Notes under the pieces: generated by a model
Told to the model about the DNA's origin: nothing
What the model saw: the letters and a program-made list of their open reading frames with translations, nothing else
Database searches by the model: none
From: Chiloscyllium plagiosum
Taxonomy: Eukaryota
Assembly (NCBI RefSeq): GCF_004010195.1
Contig: NC_057754.1
Coordinates: 9,237,215 to 9,301,214 of the forward strand
Length of the DNA stretch: 64,000 bases
Reading direction: 5' to 3'
Translations under genes and position numbers: made by a program
Shown here: positions 52,120-62,767 of the stretch, in pieces
Layout of the letters: every line of letters starts with the position of its first letter
How positions within the stretch are numbered: position 1 is the stretch's first letter

Positions 52120-54150
52120 CAGAGTATCACCAGTCAGACTACTTGCAGTCTTAGTGATCCTGATCACACATTACCCCCCAAAAAAACCTAATGACTTTGG
52201 ACATGGTTTTCAAAGAGTTGAAGAAGAAGCAACAGCTTAAAAATGGCTTCCTGCTCTCGATGTCAAACCAATAGATGACAAATTCTGCACAGAATCTGTT
52301 TTGATCTTTACACATGGACAGTTGGATTCCATACAGGTCCAGTGGTACCAGTCTTGTTTCAGGGCTCGAGATATGTCCTGGGCAGAGATGACAGGCCTGT
52401 CCAGCCAGAAAGCTGCTAAGAAAACTTTCTTTAAAAGACAGCGAGAATCTATTCCATTTCTATAATGTTCAACCAATGTCTTCAGGTTTTTATCAGGAGA
52501 TATGATCCCAGAATACTGGATGAGTTGAACTTTTTAAGGACGTGCTGCACCACAATCATTTAAAGAAAAGAATGTGTAGAATAACCTAGGGTACAAAAAT
52601 GAAGCAGCAGCACATCAGAATTAACTTGAAACACCAAAAGAGTCTTTACTGGACAAATTCCAACAAACAACACGAACAACAGTGAGCGAGCAAGATAATG
52701 ATTTTAATCAATATAAATTTCTACTTTGAATGAAATCCAACAGACCTAACATTGCTCTTTTTTTTTACCGCGGCTTTCATACAGATAGGTTTTTAAACAG
52801 ATTCATACTTGGGAAGAGAGTTCCTTTTCTTCTCTGAGTCTGCCGACACAAGCCACAGTTCAGGTCTTCAGTGTGATCTGAAAATGTGTTGCTGGAAAAG
52901 CGCAGCAGGTCAGGCAGCATCCAAGGAGCAGGAGAATCGACGTTTCGGGCATGAGCCCTTCTTCAGTATGCCCCTACAATACAACCTCCTTGTCTAAATA
53001 TAGGCATCACTGACAATTTCATACCACAGTCCATCAGACAGATGTAGACACTTTGTGAATGTCTATTCTGTAGTCGGACCTCTCTCATTACAGAGCTATT
53101 TGGTCCTGTCCAATTCATGAGAACTCACTCTGACTCTCTGTAAACCTGAAGAATCAATTTCTTTAGTCCAACACTGCAGATCAAATTTCTTCTCACATCC
53201 TTCCTTTTTGAACCAAACACCACCAATCTTTCTTTAGATCACAGTCCACTATCATTTTTTCCCCATAAAAACCCTAGAGCTTTCATATTTATAAGACTCT
53301 AAACTAGGTTAAAAGTGGAAGCATTATTTATAAAGCTGCAGGCATAATAAGCCAAAAGGAGATTAAACAACCTGTATTTTGCTTTAAACTGAAACCAAAA
53401 TTCACATGTATAACCCTTAGTATAGCACATAACAAAGACAGTTATGTCAAGTATCATTCAGCAATTTGTTACCGATCTCCCAGCCTTCAGAAAGTACCAT
53501 CCATATTGATTTCAGGCTATTCCAACTCTCAGCTCCAATCTTATTTACCTAATTTCACGATGGAATACCTAAGAGGGAATACCTAAGCTTCTAAAAAGAT
53601 CAGACTCAGAACACAAGCCCTCGATCTGCCTCCAGGAATAAATCTCGAAATGCTATCACCAACGTGTGAAAAACTGTCAACTTAGAATCACTAGACTTGC
53701 TCTCACGATTCTAAATTGTTGACACGTTGTCAATCCCTATGGTTTAGGTAAAAGTTCCAGCGGGAATTTAAGATTCTGCAGCTCTCACTATTTGCCTGCA
53801 TCCACCTTGTAGGTATTTCCTCAATACAGGTTCTCTGTCTCACTTTTACATAAAAGGCACTCTGTCTGATATTGTTGGTAGAATCCATTACATTAAAGTC
53901 AGTTCCGATGTGGAGTGTGCCTTAATGATTTACAATGGTCATGTTGTTCTGTTGTCAAATCTCTGAGTATGGCTGGGACATGCTGTTCAGGGCAGCTCCA
54001 CCATGCATTTCCACATTTTATTCTTCAGGGGCTATAAATCATATCTGCTTTCTAACACTGCTTCCCCAATATCATGCTACAAGTGGCATCTGATACAAAC
54101 CACTCATGACATTTAGGTAACCTTGTCAGAAGTCCAAGGAAGTATCAGTT
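52120..54150 (-). mobile_element. Highly decayed LTR-retroelement/ERV-like internal region (integrase-like and env-like traces)
   Basis: Minus-strand pieces 'FYVKVRQRTCIEEIPTR' (53805-53855; compare integrase LVxVDxFSxWxEAFPT), 'SWRQIEGL' (about 53615-53640), and further along 'VRLQNR', 'RQGGCIVG' and a hydrophobic Cys-rich segment (52590-52715). Many stops; weak. Confidence 0.35.
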
Positions 54151-54153
54151 TGA

Positions 54154-54481
54154 AGATTAGATTAGATTAGATTAGATTACTTACAGTGTGGAAACAGGCC
54201 CTTCGGCCCAACAAGTCCACACCGACCCGCCGAAGCGCAACCCACCCATACCCCTACATTTACCCCTTTAACCTAACACTACGGGCAATTTAGCATGGCC
54301 AATTCACCTGACCCGCACATCTTTGTGACTGTGGGAGGAAACCGGAGCACCCGGAGGAAACCCACGCAGACACGGGGAGAATATGCAAACTCCACACAGT
54401 CAGTCGCCTGAGTCGGGAATTGAACCCAGGTCTCTGGCGCTGTGAGACAGCAGTGCTAACCACTGCGCCACCGTGCCGCCC
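54154..54481 (-). mobile_element. HE1-like V-SINE, young full-length copy
   Basis: (GATTA)5 tail, complete V-domain and head, many CpGs. Confidence 0.93.
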
Positions 54482-54739
54482 TAATCTTTGCTTAACTCCA
54501 TCAGCAAGGTTCTAGTACCTCAGGTAGTGGCTGGACAATCACATCCAGTTTCTTACGATGTTCTAAAGGAAGCAAACATTGCCAAAAGAAAACTATCTAT
54601 TTATTAATCTTGTTCATACTTTCCTGACTTGAATGTACATGTTCCATTGAACCATACACATGCTGAGTTATTCAAATTCCCATTTGCTGGTGCGGATTTT
54701 TTTATTCAAAGTGGGCTATTACATCTCATTCTCATTATA

Positions 54740-56250
54740 CCTCACAAATTTAGGAGCGTTCTTTGATGAAGTGACCAGGAAGGTTGATGAGGGCAGGGTG
54801 GAAGATGTAGTTTATATGGATTTCAGTAAGGCCTTTGATGAGATTCCACAAGGGAGGCTGTTCTGTAAAGTTAGATTGCATGGAATCCAGGGGACTTGGC
54901 AAATTGGATACACCATTGGTTTGATGGAGGAAGCAGAGGGTAATTGTGGAAGGATGCTTGTCAGACTGGAGGCCTGTGTTCCTCAGGGGTCGGTGCTGGG
55001 CCCATTGCTGTTTGTTATCGATATCAATGATTTGGATGAGAATCTAGAAAGCATGAGTAGTAAGTTTGCAGATGACACTAAAATAGGTGGTATCATGGCA
55101 GTGAGGAAGGTTCTCAGAAATTGCAGCAGGACCTTGATCAGCTGGGGAAGTGGGCCGAGAAATGGCAAATGGGGTTACATATAGATATGTATGAGATGTT
55201 GCATTTTGGAAAGTCAAATCAAGGTAGTAGTTTCATGGTGAATGGTAGGGCCTTAACTGAGAGACATTGGAGTGGAACTGAGGGACATTGGAGTTCAGGT
55301 GCACGGTTCTCTGAAAGTGGAGTCACAGGTAGACGGGACAGTGAAGAAAACATTTGCCACACTGCCTTCATCGGTCAGGGCAGTGAGTATAGAAGTTGGG
55401 AAGTTATGTTGCAGTTGTACAGGACATTGGTGAGACCACACTTGGGGTATTGTGTTCATGGTTGGTCACCTTGCGGCACGGTGGCACAGTGGTTAGCACT
55501 GCTGCCTCACAGCGCCAGAGACCCGGGTTTAATTCCTGCCTCAGGTGACTCTCTGTGTGGAGTTTGCACATTCTCCCTGTGTCTGCGTGGGTTTGCTCCG
55601 GTTTCCTCCCACAATCCAAAAATGTGCAGGTGAGGTAAATTGGCCATGCTAAATTGCCCGCAGTGTTAGGTGAAGGGGTAAATGTAGGGGAATGGGTCTG
55701 GGTGGGTTGCACTTTGGTGGGTCAGTGTGGACTTATTGGGCTGAAGGGCCTGTTTCCACACTGTAAGTAACCTAATCTAAAAAAAAACCTTGCAAGAGGA
55801 AGGATGTTATTAAACTGGAAAGAGTGCAAAAGAAATTGACAAGCTTGCACCTTTTTCTTTAGAGTGTAGGAGACTGAGGGGGATCTAATAGAAGTGTTTA
55901 AGATAATGTGAGGCATGGACAGGTGAGTACACTCAGTCTTTTTCCCAGGGTTGGGGAATCGAAGACTAGAGGACATCAGTTGAAGGTTAGAGAGGAAAAA
56001 ATAAAAGGGAACCTGATGGGCAACCTTTTTACACAGAGGATGGTATGCATATGGAATGGGCTGCCAGTGGAAGTGGTTGAGGCAGGTACATTAACAAGGC
56101 ATTTGGACAAATTCATGGATAGGAAAGGGTTAGAAGGATATGGGCCAAGTGCAGGGAAATGGGGTTAGCATTGATGGACGTTTTGGTCAGCATGGACCAG
56201 TTTGGGCTAAAGGGGCTTGTCTTTGTGTCGTAGGACTTTATGACTCTATT
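54740..56250 (+). mobile_element. CR1 LINE RT fragment with a nested HE1-like SINE (55474-55787)
   Basis: 'DVVYMDFSKAFDEIP', 'VPQGSVLGPLLFVIDINDLD', 'KFADDTKIGG'; the SINE is flanked by a 7-bp duplication ACCTTGC. Confidence 0.92.
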
Positions 56251-56679
56251 CGGGGTTATGTTACATGGTATTCAACCTGACACCAAAGTGTCGCATCGAA
56301 AGAAAAGCTGCTGTTGCTTGGAATGGTGCCGGAGGCTGAGGACAGAGAGGTCAAAGTGGGAGCAGGGTGGAGAATTAAAATAATAAGTGACTAGAAGCTC
56401 TGGGTCCAGCTTGCAGACTGAACAGAGGTAATAAAACGATCATCCAATCTGCCCAATATAAAGATCACTTCGTGAGCGATGAGTACAATCATCAAACTAC
56501 AAGAAATATCAGTATATCACAGTTTAGTCTTATCTCTTAAAGTGCTGAGAATAGCCTGAAGAATGATGCTTTGCTTGCAGAGTGGATTCTAAGATATTAT
56601 AAATAATTATAATATAGAAATAGTGTTATTTTATGAAATAAAGACATTGTCAGAATAATAAATTCATTCCTAGTTATAA

Positions 56680-56870
56680 GGATATTTAAATATCAACAGA
56701 AATAAACACTAACTCTGAGTGAAGATGTTTCAGTCCTGTACATGACGAACTGCAAAACCAAACCCCTGCAGTCACTGGTGAACTCACTGGTTTCTTACTG
56801 GGTTGGAAGATGGACTAAATTTCTCTTCAAGTGCACAGAACAACCTTTTCCATTGTGAAAACACTGATGA
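56680..56870 (-). pseudogene. ZNF relic: last degenerate finger plus 3'-UTR motif
   Basis: Minus strand 'tcttccaacc...aaaccagtgagttcaccagtgactgcagggg...tacaggactgaaacat...tttatttctgttgata' resembles a terminal HQRVH*-type finger followed by the shared post-stop motif. Confidence 0.6.
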
Positions 56871-58178
56871 ATTAGGAATGTGTAGAGATGCTGATGTTGG
56901 GCTGGGGTGGACAAACAATCAGAAGTCACATAACACCGGGTTACAGTCCAAAAGGTTTATTTAAAGTCACAAGCTTTCGGAGTGCTGCTCCTTCATCAAG
57001 TGAAGTGGAGGGAAGAGCAGAGGCACAGTGTATATATCTTTATATATATTAAAGAGAAAGATAATGGTAAGCTAATTCCAGATAATTAAGTGTATCAACA
57101 AATAATACAAGTAGGGTGAGTAGTGTTGGCAGTGTCTTTTTTTGTGTTTCCCTCCACTTCACCTATGAAAGAACAGTGCTCCAAAAGCTTGCGATTTTAA
57201 GTAACCCTGTTGGATTATAACCTGGTGTATGGGAAATGATAGATTTCCCAAGCACCAGCTGCTCTTTGTCCTTTTGGGCTTTGTTGGTTTGGGAAGGTCT
57301 GTTTAAATTCTGTTTGAGTTGCAGGTGTACACAGACTATTCCCTCTGTCCTGTTTTCCATCTCTATCTCTTTCTCCCCCTCTTCACGAAAGCCAGAATCT
57401 CTATGACCAGACCTGGTGGCAGGTTCCCCTCCCTGAATGACACTAGTGAACCAATTGCATTCTTGTGACAACCCTTTCATGAACACTTTGTCCTCATGCA
57501 GTTCCACTAATGACCAAATTCATTCAGCTCAATTTTTCAACCTGCCTTTGCGCTTTTATCGTATTGTATTTGCTTGCTGCATTTGTATGTTAACTAAGTG
57601 ATTTGTGTACAGCAGCGCCCAGTGTGCCATTAGAACCGTTCAAGTGTCCAACAAAATTTTGTATGAAAGTAATGAAGACATCGTTTCATCTTAAACAGTG
57701 TTTTATGCAGCCAAAATTAAACTCCTAAAACCTGTGAAAATTAATCCTCAAATTAAAAGTATGGTATTGGCCTTTGGTTCTAAAATATGTATATTCCAAT
57801 CAGACGTGGCCAAAGGGCACAGTTGAGATCATGTGAAAAAAGTGGACACATTGTGGAATTGTTTGGTTCATTGAAGTCTGCTGTGTTATTGAAAAGGTTG
57901 TTAACTGTTGATGTATAAGGATATTCAGGTTCCTCTGCATGAAAAAAATTTCCAATCTCTCACCATTAAACTGCCCCACCAGACTGAATAACTCATTAAA
58001 TTGTCGTCCATCTCCCATATTCCAACCCACTTAATCGACCTTTCCATGGTATCATGGCTGAGGCCCTATTTCAGAGCATGATGAAAAATGGTAAAGCTGG
58101 CTTCGAAACCTGCTTGGATCTGCATCATAGGGATACACAAGTTGAGCAGGTTTTCAAAATCAGGCCATTAATGAGATA

Positions 58179-58374
58179 GGAGAAAGTGAGGACTGCAGAT
58201 GCTGGAGATCAGAGCTGAAAATGTGTTGCTGGAAAAGTGCAGCAGGTCAGGCAGCATCCAAGGAGCAGGAGAATCGATGTTTGAACATGAGAAGGGCTCA
58301 TGCCCGAAACATCGATTCTCCTGCTCCTTGGATGCTACCTGACCTGCTGTGCTTTTCCAGCAACACATTTTCAA
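58179..58374. mobile_element. Fold-back Penelope pLTR mini element with 14-bp TSD
   Basis: TSD CCATTAATGAGATA at 58165 and 58375; inverted arms. Confidence 0.85.
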
Positions 58375-58409
58375 CCATTAATGAGATAAGCAACTAACTA
58401 AAGAGGCAA

Positions 58410-59000
58410 CTATCACAGGACCTCTGCCATTTCCGCCACCTATAGACAGATCCCACCACCAGTGATTGGGTCCCTCCCCATCCCTATCTGCATTTTATAA
58501 AGACCATTCCCTCCATGACTCTCGTCAGGTCCATGCACCCCTGTCCCACCACCCCACCGTCCCCTCCTGGCACCTTCCCCTGCCACTGCAAGAATTGCAA
58601 AACCTACGCCCATACCTCTCCCCTCCCCTCTGTCCAAGGCCCCAAAGGAGTCTTTCTCATCCATTACAGATTTACCTGCACTTCCACACATGTCATTTAC
58701 TGCATCCATTGCTCCCGAAGTGGTCTCCTCTACACTGGGGAGACAGGACACCTACTTGCAGACCCCTTCAGAGAACATCTCCGGGACACATGCACGAAGC
58801 AACCCCACTGCCCTGTGGCCAAACACTTTAACTCCCCCTCCCACAAGGACATGCAGGTCATGAGCCTCCTCCACCGCCAAAGCCTTATCACCTACCGCAT
58901 AGAGGAAGAACACCTCATCTTCCACCTTGGGACCTTTCAACCGATTCTCCTGCTCCTCGGATGCTGCCTGACCGGCTGCGCTTTTCCAGCAACACATTCT
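58410..59000 (+). mobile_element. Penelope-like GIY-YIG remnant
   Basis: ORF 58515-59078 'HVIYCIHCSRSGLLYTGETGHLLADPFREH...EEEHLIFHLGTFQP'. Confidence 0.88.
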
Positions 59001-59469
59001 CGACATAGGACTAGATTATGTCTCAGCACTAATAAAGGTAATGAGATCCTAAAGAAAGGTCAGATGAATCAGCCATGATCAAATGGCTCAATTTTTCTAC
59101 ACCGTAAGGTCTTAACTCCTTTGAACCTGACTCAACATCAACCTTCTACACATATGACATGTGGTTGTTTTTAAGATCAGTTGTTCCTTTACATTCTGTT
59201 GTTCTGAATGATGACAGGATTATACTTTTGCCAGTTCATTTATTGAAAACCTGGAACTCTCCTTATTCTAATAGTGACATTCCATTGTCTCCCAGTTATT
59301 CCTTTAAATCAGCTCTTGACTTGTCTCATCATATGCCCCATTTCAGTAACAAATGTCGAAATGTTTCCTCCAGCCTAAGGGTTCCATCTTTTTGAGGCCA
59401 GAAAGTTGAAGCTCTAGTTTCCTCTTGGGGTTCAGCACAAATCAAGCTTGCAAATGAATATCGGTTTTA

Positions 59470-59910
59470 ACCAATGACCGATAGGCAGATTCCGGCCCGC
59501 CTCCCCCCCTCCGATTGGTTGGAAGAACAGAGGCTCACAAACAACCCTCCAGCTCCACCCTCTCTTCGTATTGGTTGGAAGCTACCGTCAATCACTAAGA
59601 CGGCGCGAGCTAGGCATGCGCAGTGAGGAGCTGAAGCGGGAACACCAATGGTCGGTTGGAAATTCGTGGTGGCGGTGGTGGAGGGACAAACCTTTCGGTG
59701 AACTGACGAGAGGCTTCACACAGACTCGGTGTAAGCCTTAAACCCCGAATAATAAGCTCCCAGTTCGGCGTTCACCCAGAGCGGGAGCCAGTGGCGGATT
59801 CTCCTCAGAAAACAGGCCCAAGTTAACGGCCGCCGAGGGCTCAGGCGTATCGCCCGCCGCCATGCTGCTGAGGACGGTATGCTGCGCAGCGCATGCGCAG
59901 CCCTCACCTT
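59470..59910 (+). promoter_or_regulatory. CpG-island promoter and first exon of ZNF-C
   Basis: CCAAT boxes (59471, reverse at 59514 and 59570), CCGTCAATCAC, NRF1-like motifs at 59613 and 59889; 'gccgccATGctgctgaggacg|gtatgc' gives a Kozak ATG at 59862 and a candidate donor at 59876. Confidence 0.75.
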
Positions 59911-60699
59911 CATGGGTTGGCAAAACTGAATGATGATCCCACAGGAACAATAAATGAGAGAGAGAGAGTCTGGGGAAACTCGTTGGGTTGTTATAAAATG
60001 GGAGGCAAGGGGTGCAGTCAGCAGCAACACTTACCATTTCTATCTATACAATGCCTTTGACATAATAAACCACCCTGGTGAACTTCACATCAAGGAGGTA
60101 AAACAAATAGTTACTTAGAGGGTCAGGATGAACCTGTGCAGATGATCACACACTTGGTGATAGACGAAGGGTTAAGAGAGAAAAGTTAGGTTTAAGGAGG
60201 GAATTCCAGCACGTATGGTGGAGCAATGAAAATTCGGATTGTGCAAGAGGGTCAGATTTATCAGAGGAGAAGTATCTTAGAGGCTTGTGGAGTTAGAGCA
60301 CAAGGAGGGGTAAGAAGTGGAGATGTTGCTTGTTTAGGTCAGTGAGCACAGGAATGATGGGAATTGCTGTGAGTTACCAACAACAAAATTTTGGATGACT
60401 TCAAATGTCTAGAGGGTAATGTGGGAGACCAACAGGGTTGCATTGGGACAGTCAAGCCCGGAGGTAACAAAAACATGAATAAGGCTTCCTGCAGCAGATT
60501 CGCTGAGTCAGAAATAAGGTTGGATACTATTATTGAGGTATAAAAAGGTGATCTTAGTCATGGCACATATGATCAGAGGCTGTGAACAGGCTGGCAGAAT
60601 TTCAATGTTCCATGGAGAATGATGGAGGCAGTAGCTGGAGAATGGAAATTGGAGCAGGGATTGTCAACAGTGCTGTTTATCTTGTGCAAGGTTAGTGAA

Positions 60700-61965
60700 G
60701 GTTTGTAGCTCAGGTTGAGATTTAGGGTGTAGGTTTGCTCGCTGAGCTGTAGGTTTGATATCCAGATGTTTCATTACCTGGCTAGGTAACATCATCAGTG
60801 GCAACCCCTAAGTGAAGCGAAGCTGTTGTCTCCTGTATTCTATTTATATCTTTCTCCTGGATGGGGTTCCTGGGGTTTGTGGTGATGTCATTTCCTGTTC
60901 GTTTTCTGAGGGGTTGACAGATGGCATCTAGATCCATGTGTTTAGATTAGATTAGATTAGAATACGTACAGTGTGGAAACAGGCCCTTCGGCCCAACAAG
61001 TCCACACCGCCCCGCCGAAGCGCAACTCACCCATACCCCTACATTTACCCCTTACCTAACACTACGGGCAATTTAGCATGGCCAATTCACCTGNNNNNNN
61101 NNNNNNNNNNNNNNNNNNNNNNNNNNNNNNNNNNNNNNNNNNNNNNNNNNNNNNNNNNNNNNNNNNNNNNNNNNNNNNNNNNNNNNNNNNNNNNNNNNNN
61201 NNNNNNNNNNNNNNNNNNNNNNNNNNNNNNNNNNNNNNNNNNNNNNNNNNNNNNNNNNNNNNNNNNNNNNNNNNNNNNNNNNNNNNNNNNNNNNNNNNNN
61301 NNNNNNNNNNNNNNNNNNNNNNNNNNNNNNNNNNNNNNNNNNNNNNNNNNNNNNNNNNNNNNNNNNNNNNNNNNNNNNNNNNNNNNNNNNNNNNNNNNNN
61401 NNNNNNNNNNNNNNNNNNNNNNNNNNNNNNNNNNNNNNNNNNNNNNNNNNNNNNNNNNNNNNNNNNNNNNNNNNNNNNNNNNNNNNNNNNNNNNNNNNNN
61501 NNNNNNNNNNNNNNNNNNNNNNNNNNNNNNNNNNNNNNNNNNNNNNNNNNNNNNNNNNNNNNNNNNNNNNNNNNNNNNNNNNNNNNNNNNNNNNNNNNNN
61601 NNNCATGGACGGTACGGTTTTCCCCACTGCCGCTGCTCTCCTTTATTAGTCAGGGTATTGAACACATCTATCCTGGGACAGGCTAAGCAAAGACATGCCA
61701 GAGAATTCCTAGAGGCCTGGCACTCCAACCACAATGCCATAAACAAACACATAGATCTAGATGCCATCTATCAACCCCTCAGAAAACGAACAGGAAATGA
61801 CATCACCACAAACCCCAGGGACCCCATCCAGGAGAAAGGTATAAATAGAAAGCAGGAGACAACAGCTTCGCTTCACTTGGAGGTCGCCACTGATGATGTT
61901 ACCTAGCCAGGTAATGAAAGGTCTGGATATCAAACCTACAGCTCAGTGAGCAAACCTACACCCTA
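60700..61965 (+). mobile_element. Penelope-like element with inverted pLTRs, containing a SINE piece (60945-61093) and a gap
   Basis: 60723-60942 is the reverse complement of 61746-61965. ORF end 'ILGQAKQRHAREFLEAWHSNHNAINKHIDLDAIYQPLRK'. Hammerhead cores at 61887-61926 (plus) and 60762-60801 (minus). Confidence 0.85.
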
Positions 61966-62767
61966 GGTGTTTAACTTCTCAATGTTTAATTAGACTTGCT
62001 CGGAAAGAGAACAGAATCATAATGGCTCATGAGACTAATTCCAGGTTTTTAGTTTTTGAGAGGGACAGGAGGAACAATGGGGTGCTTGGAGAAACTGTTT
62101 CTCAGTTCATTTAATGCTTATGCGGTCACTTTTAGATATGAGACTGTTGTCTACTATTCTGTACTGTTGGTCAGGACCTTTTATATTCATGTTCTGCCAT
62201 GATTAATGATTGAAGTGAATTATCAAACTTATCTCTAGTCATACATATGTTAAAGAGTACAGAAAAATATTTCCAGTGCTTTATTGGGTTTTAGCAGAGA
62301 GATGAAGGTGAGTGTGTGGGATGGAGATTTGTAGTTTTGGTGAAACGAGAGGGGAAAATGGTGTATAGAAACTCATTGACCGCTCTGGATTTCTCTCCTG
62401 TACTTACAATGATGACTTTTGTAAACTTCTTTTACAGAAATTAGAAGGATGGGATTGGACATTGTGCCAAGATCTAACAGTCACTTGGTTCATTAGGACC
62501 TGAATATTACCAGTCTTTGAATGTGTTTATCTGATCTGTCAGTGGAAAATGATTTCAAACATCTGTATGGCCGGAAAAGCATCAAGACACATATGCAAGT
62601 GAGAGTTTTCCAGTGCACTGACTGTGGAAAGTGCTTTAGACAGTTACACAGCAAGAAAAAAACAACAGTGCATCATTCACAGTGGGGAGAAATTGTACAT
62701 GTGTTTAGAGAGTAAATGAGGCTTCAACTGATTGTGCAACCTGGAGAGTCAAAAGGATGCTTGCACC

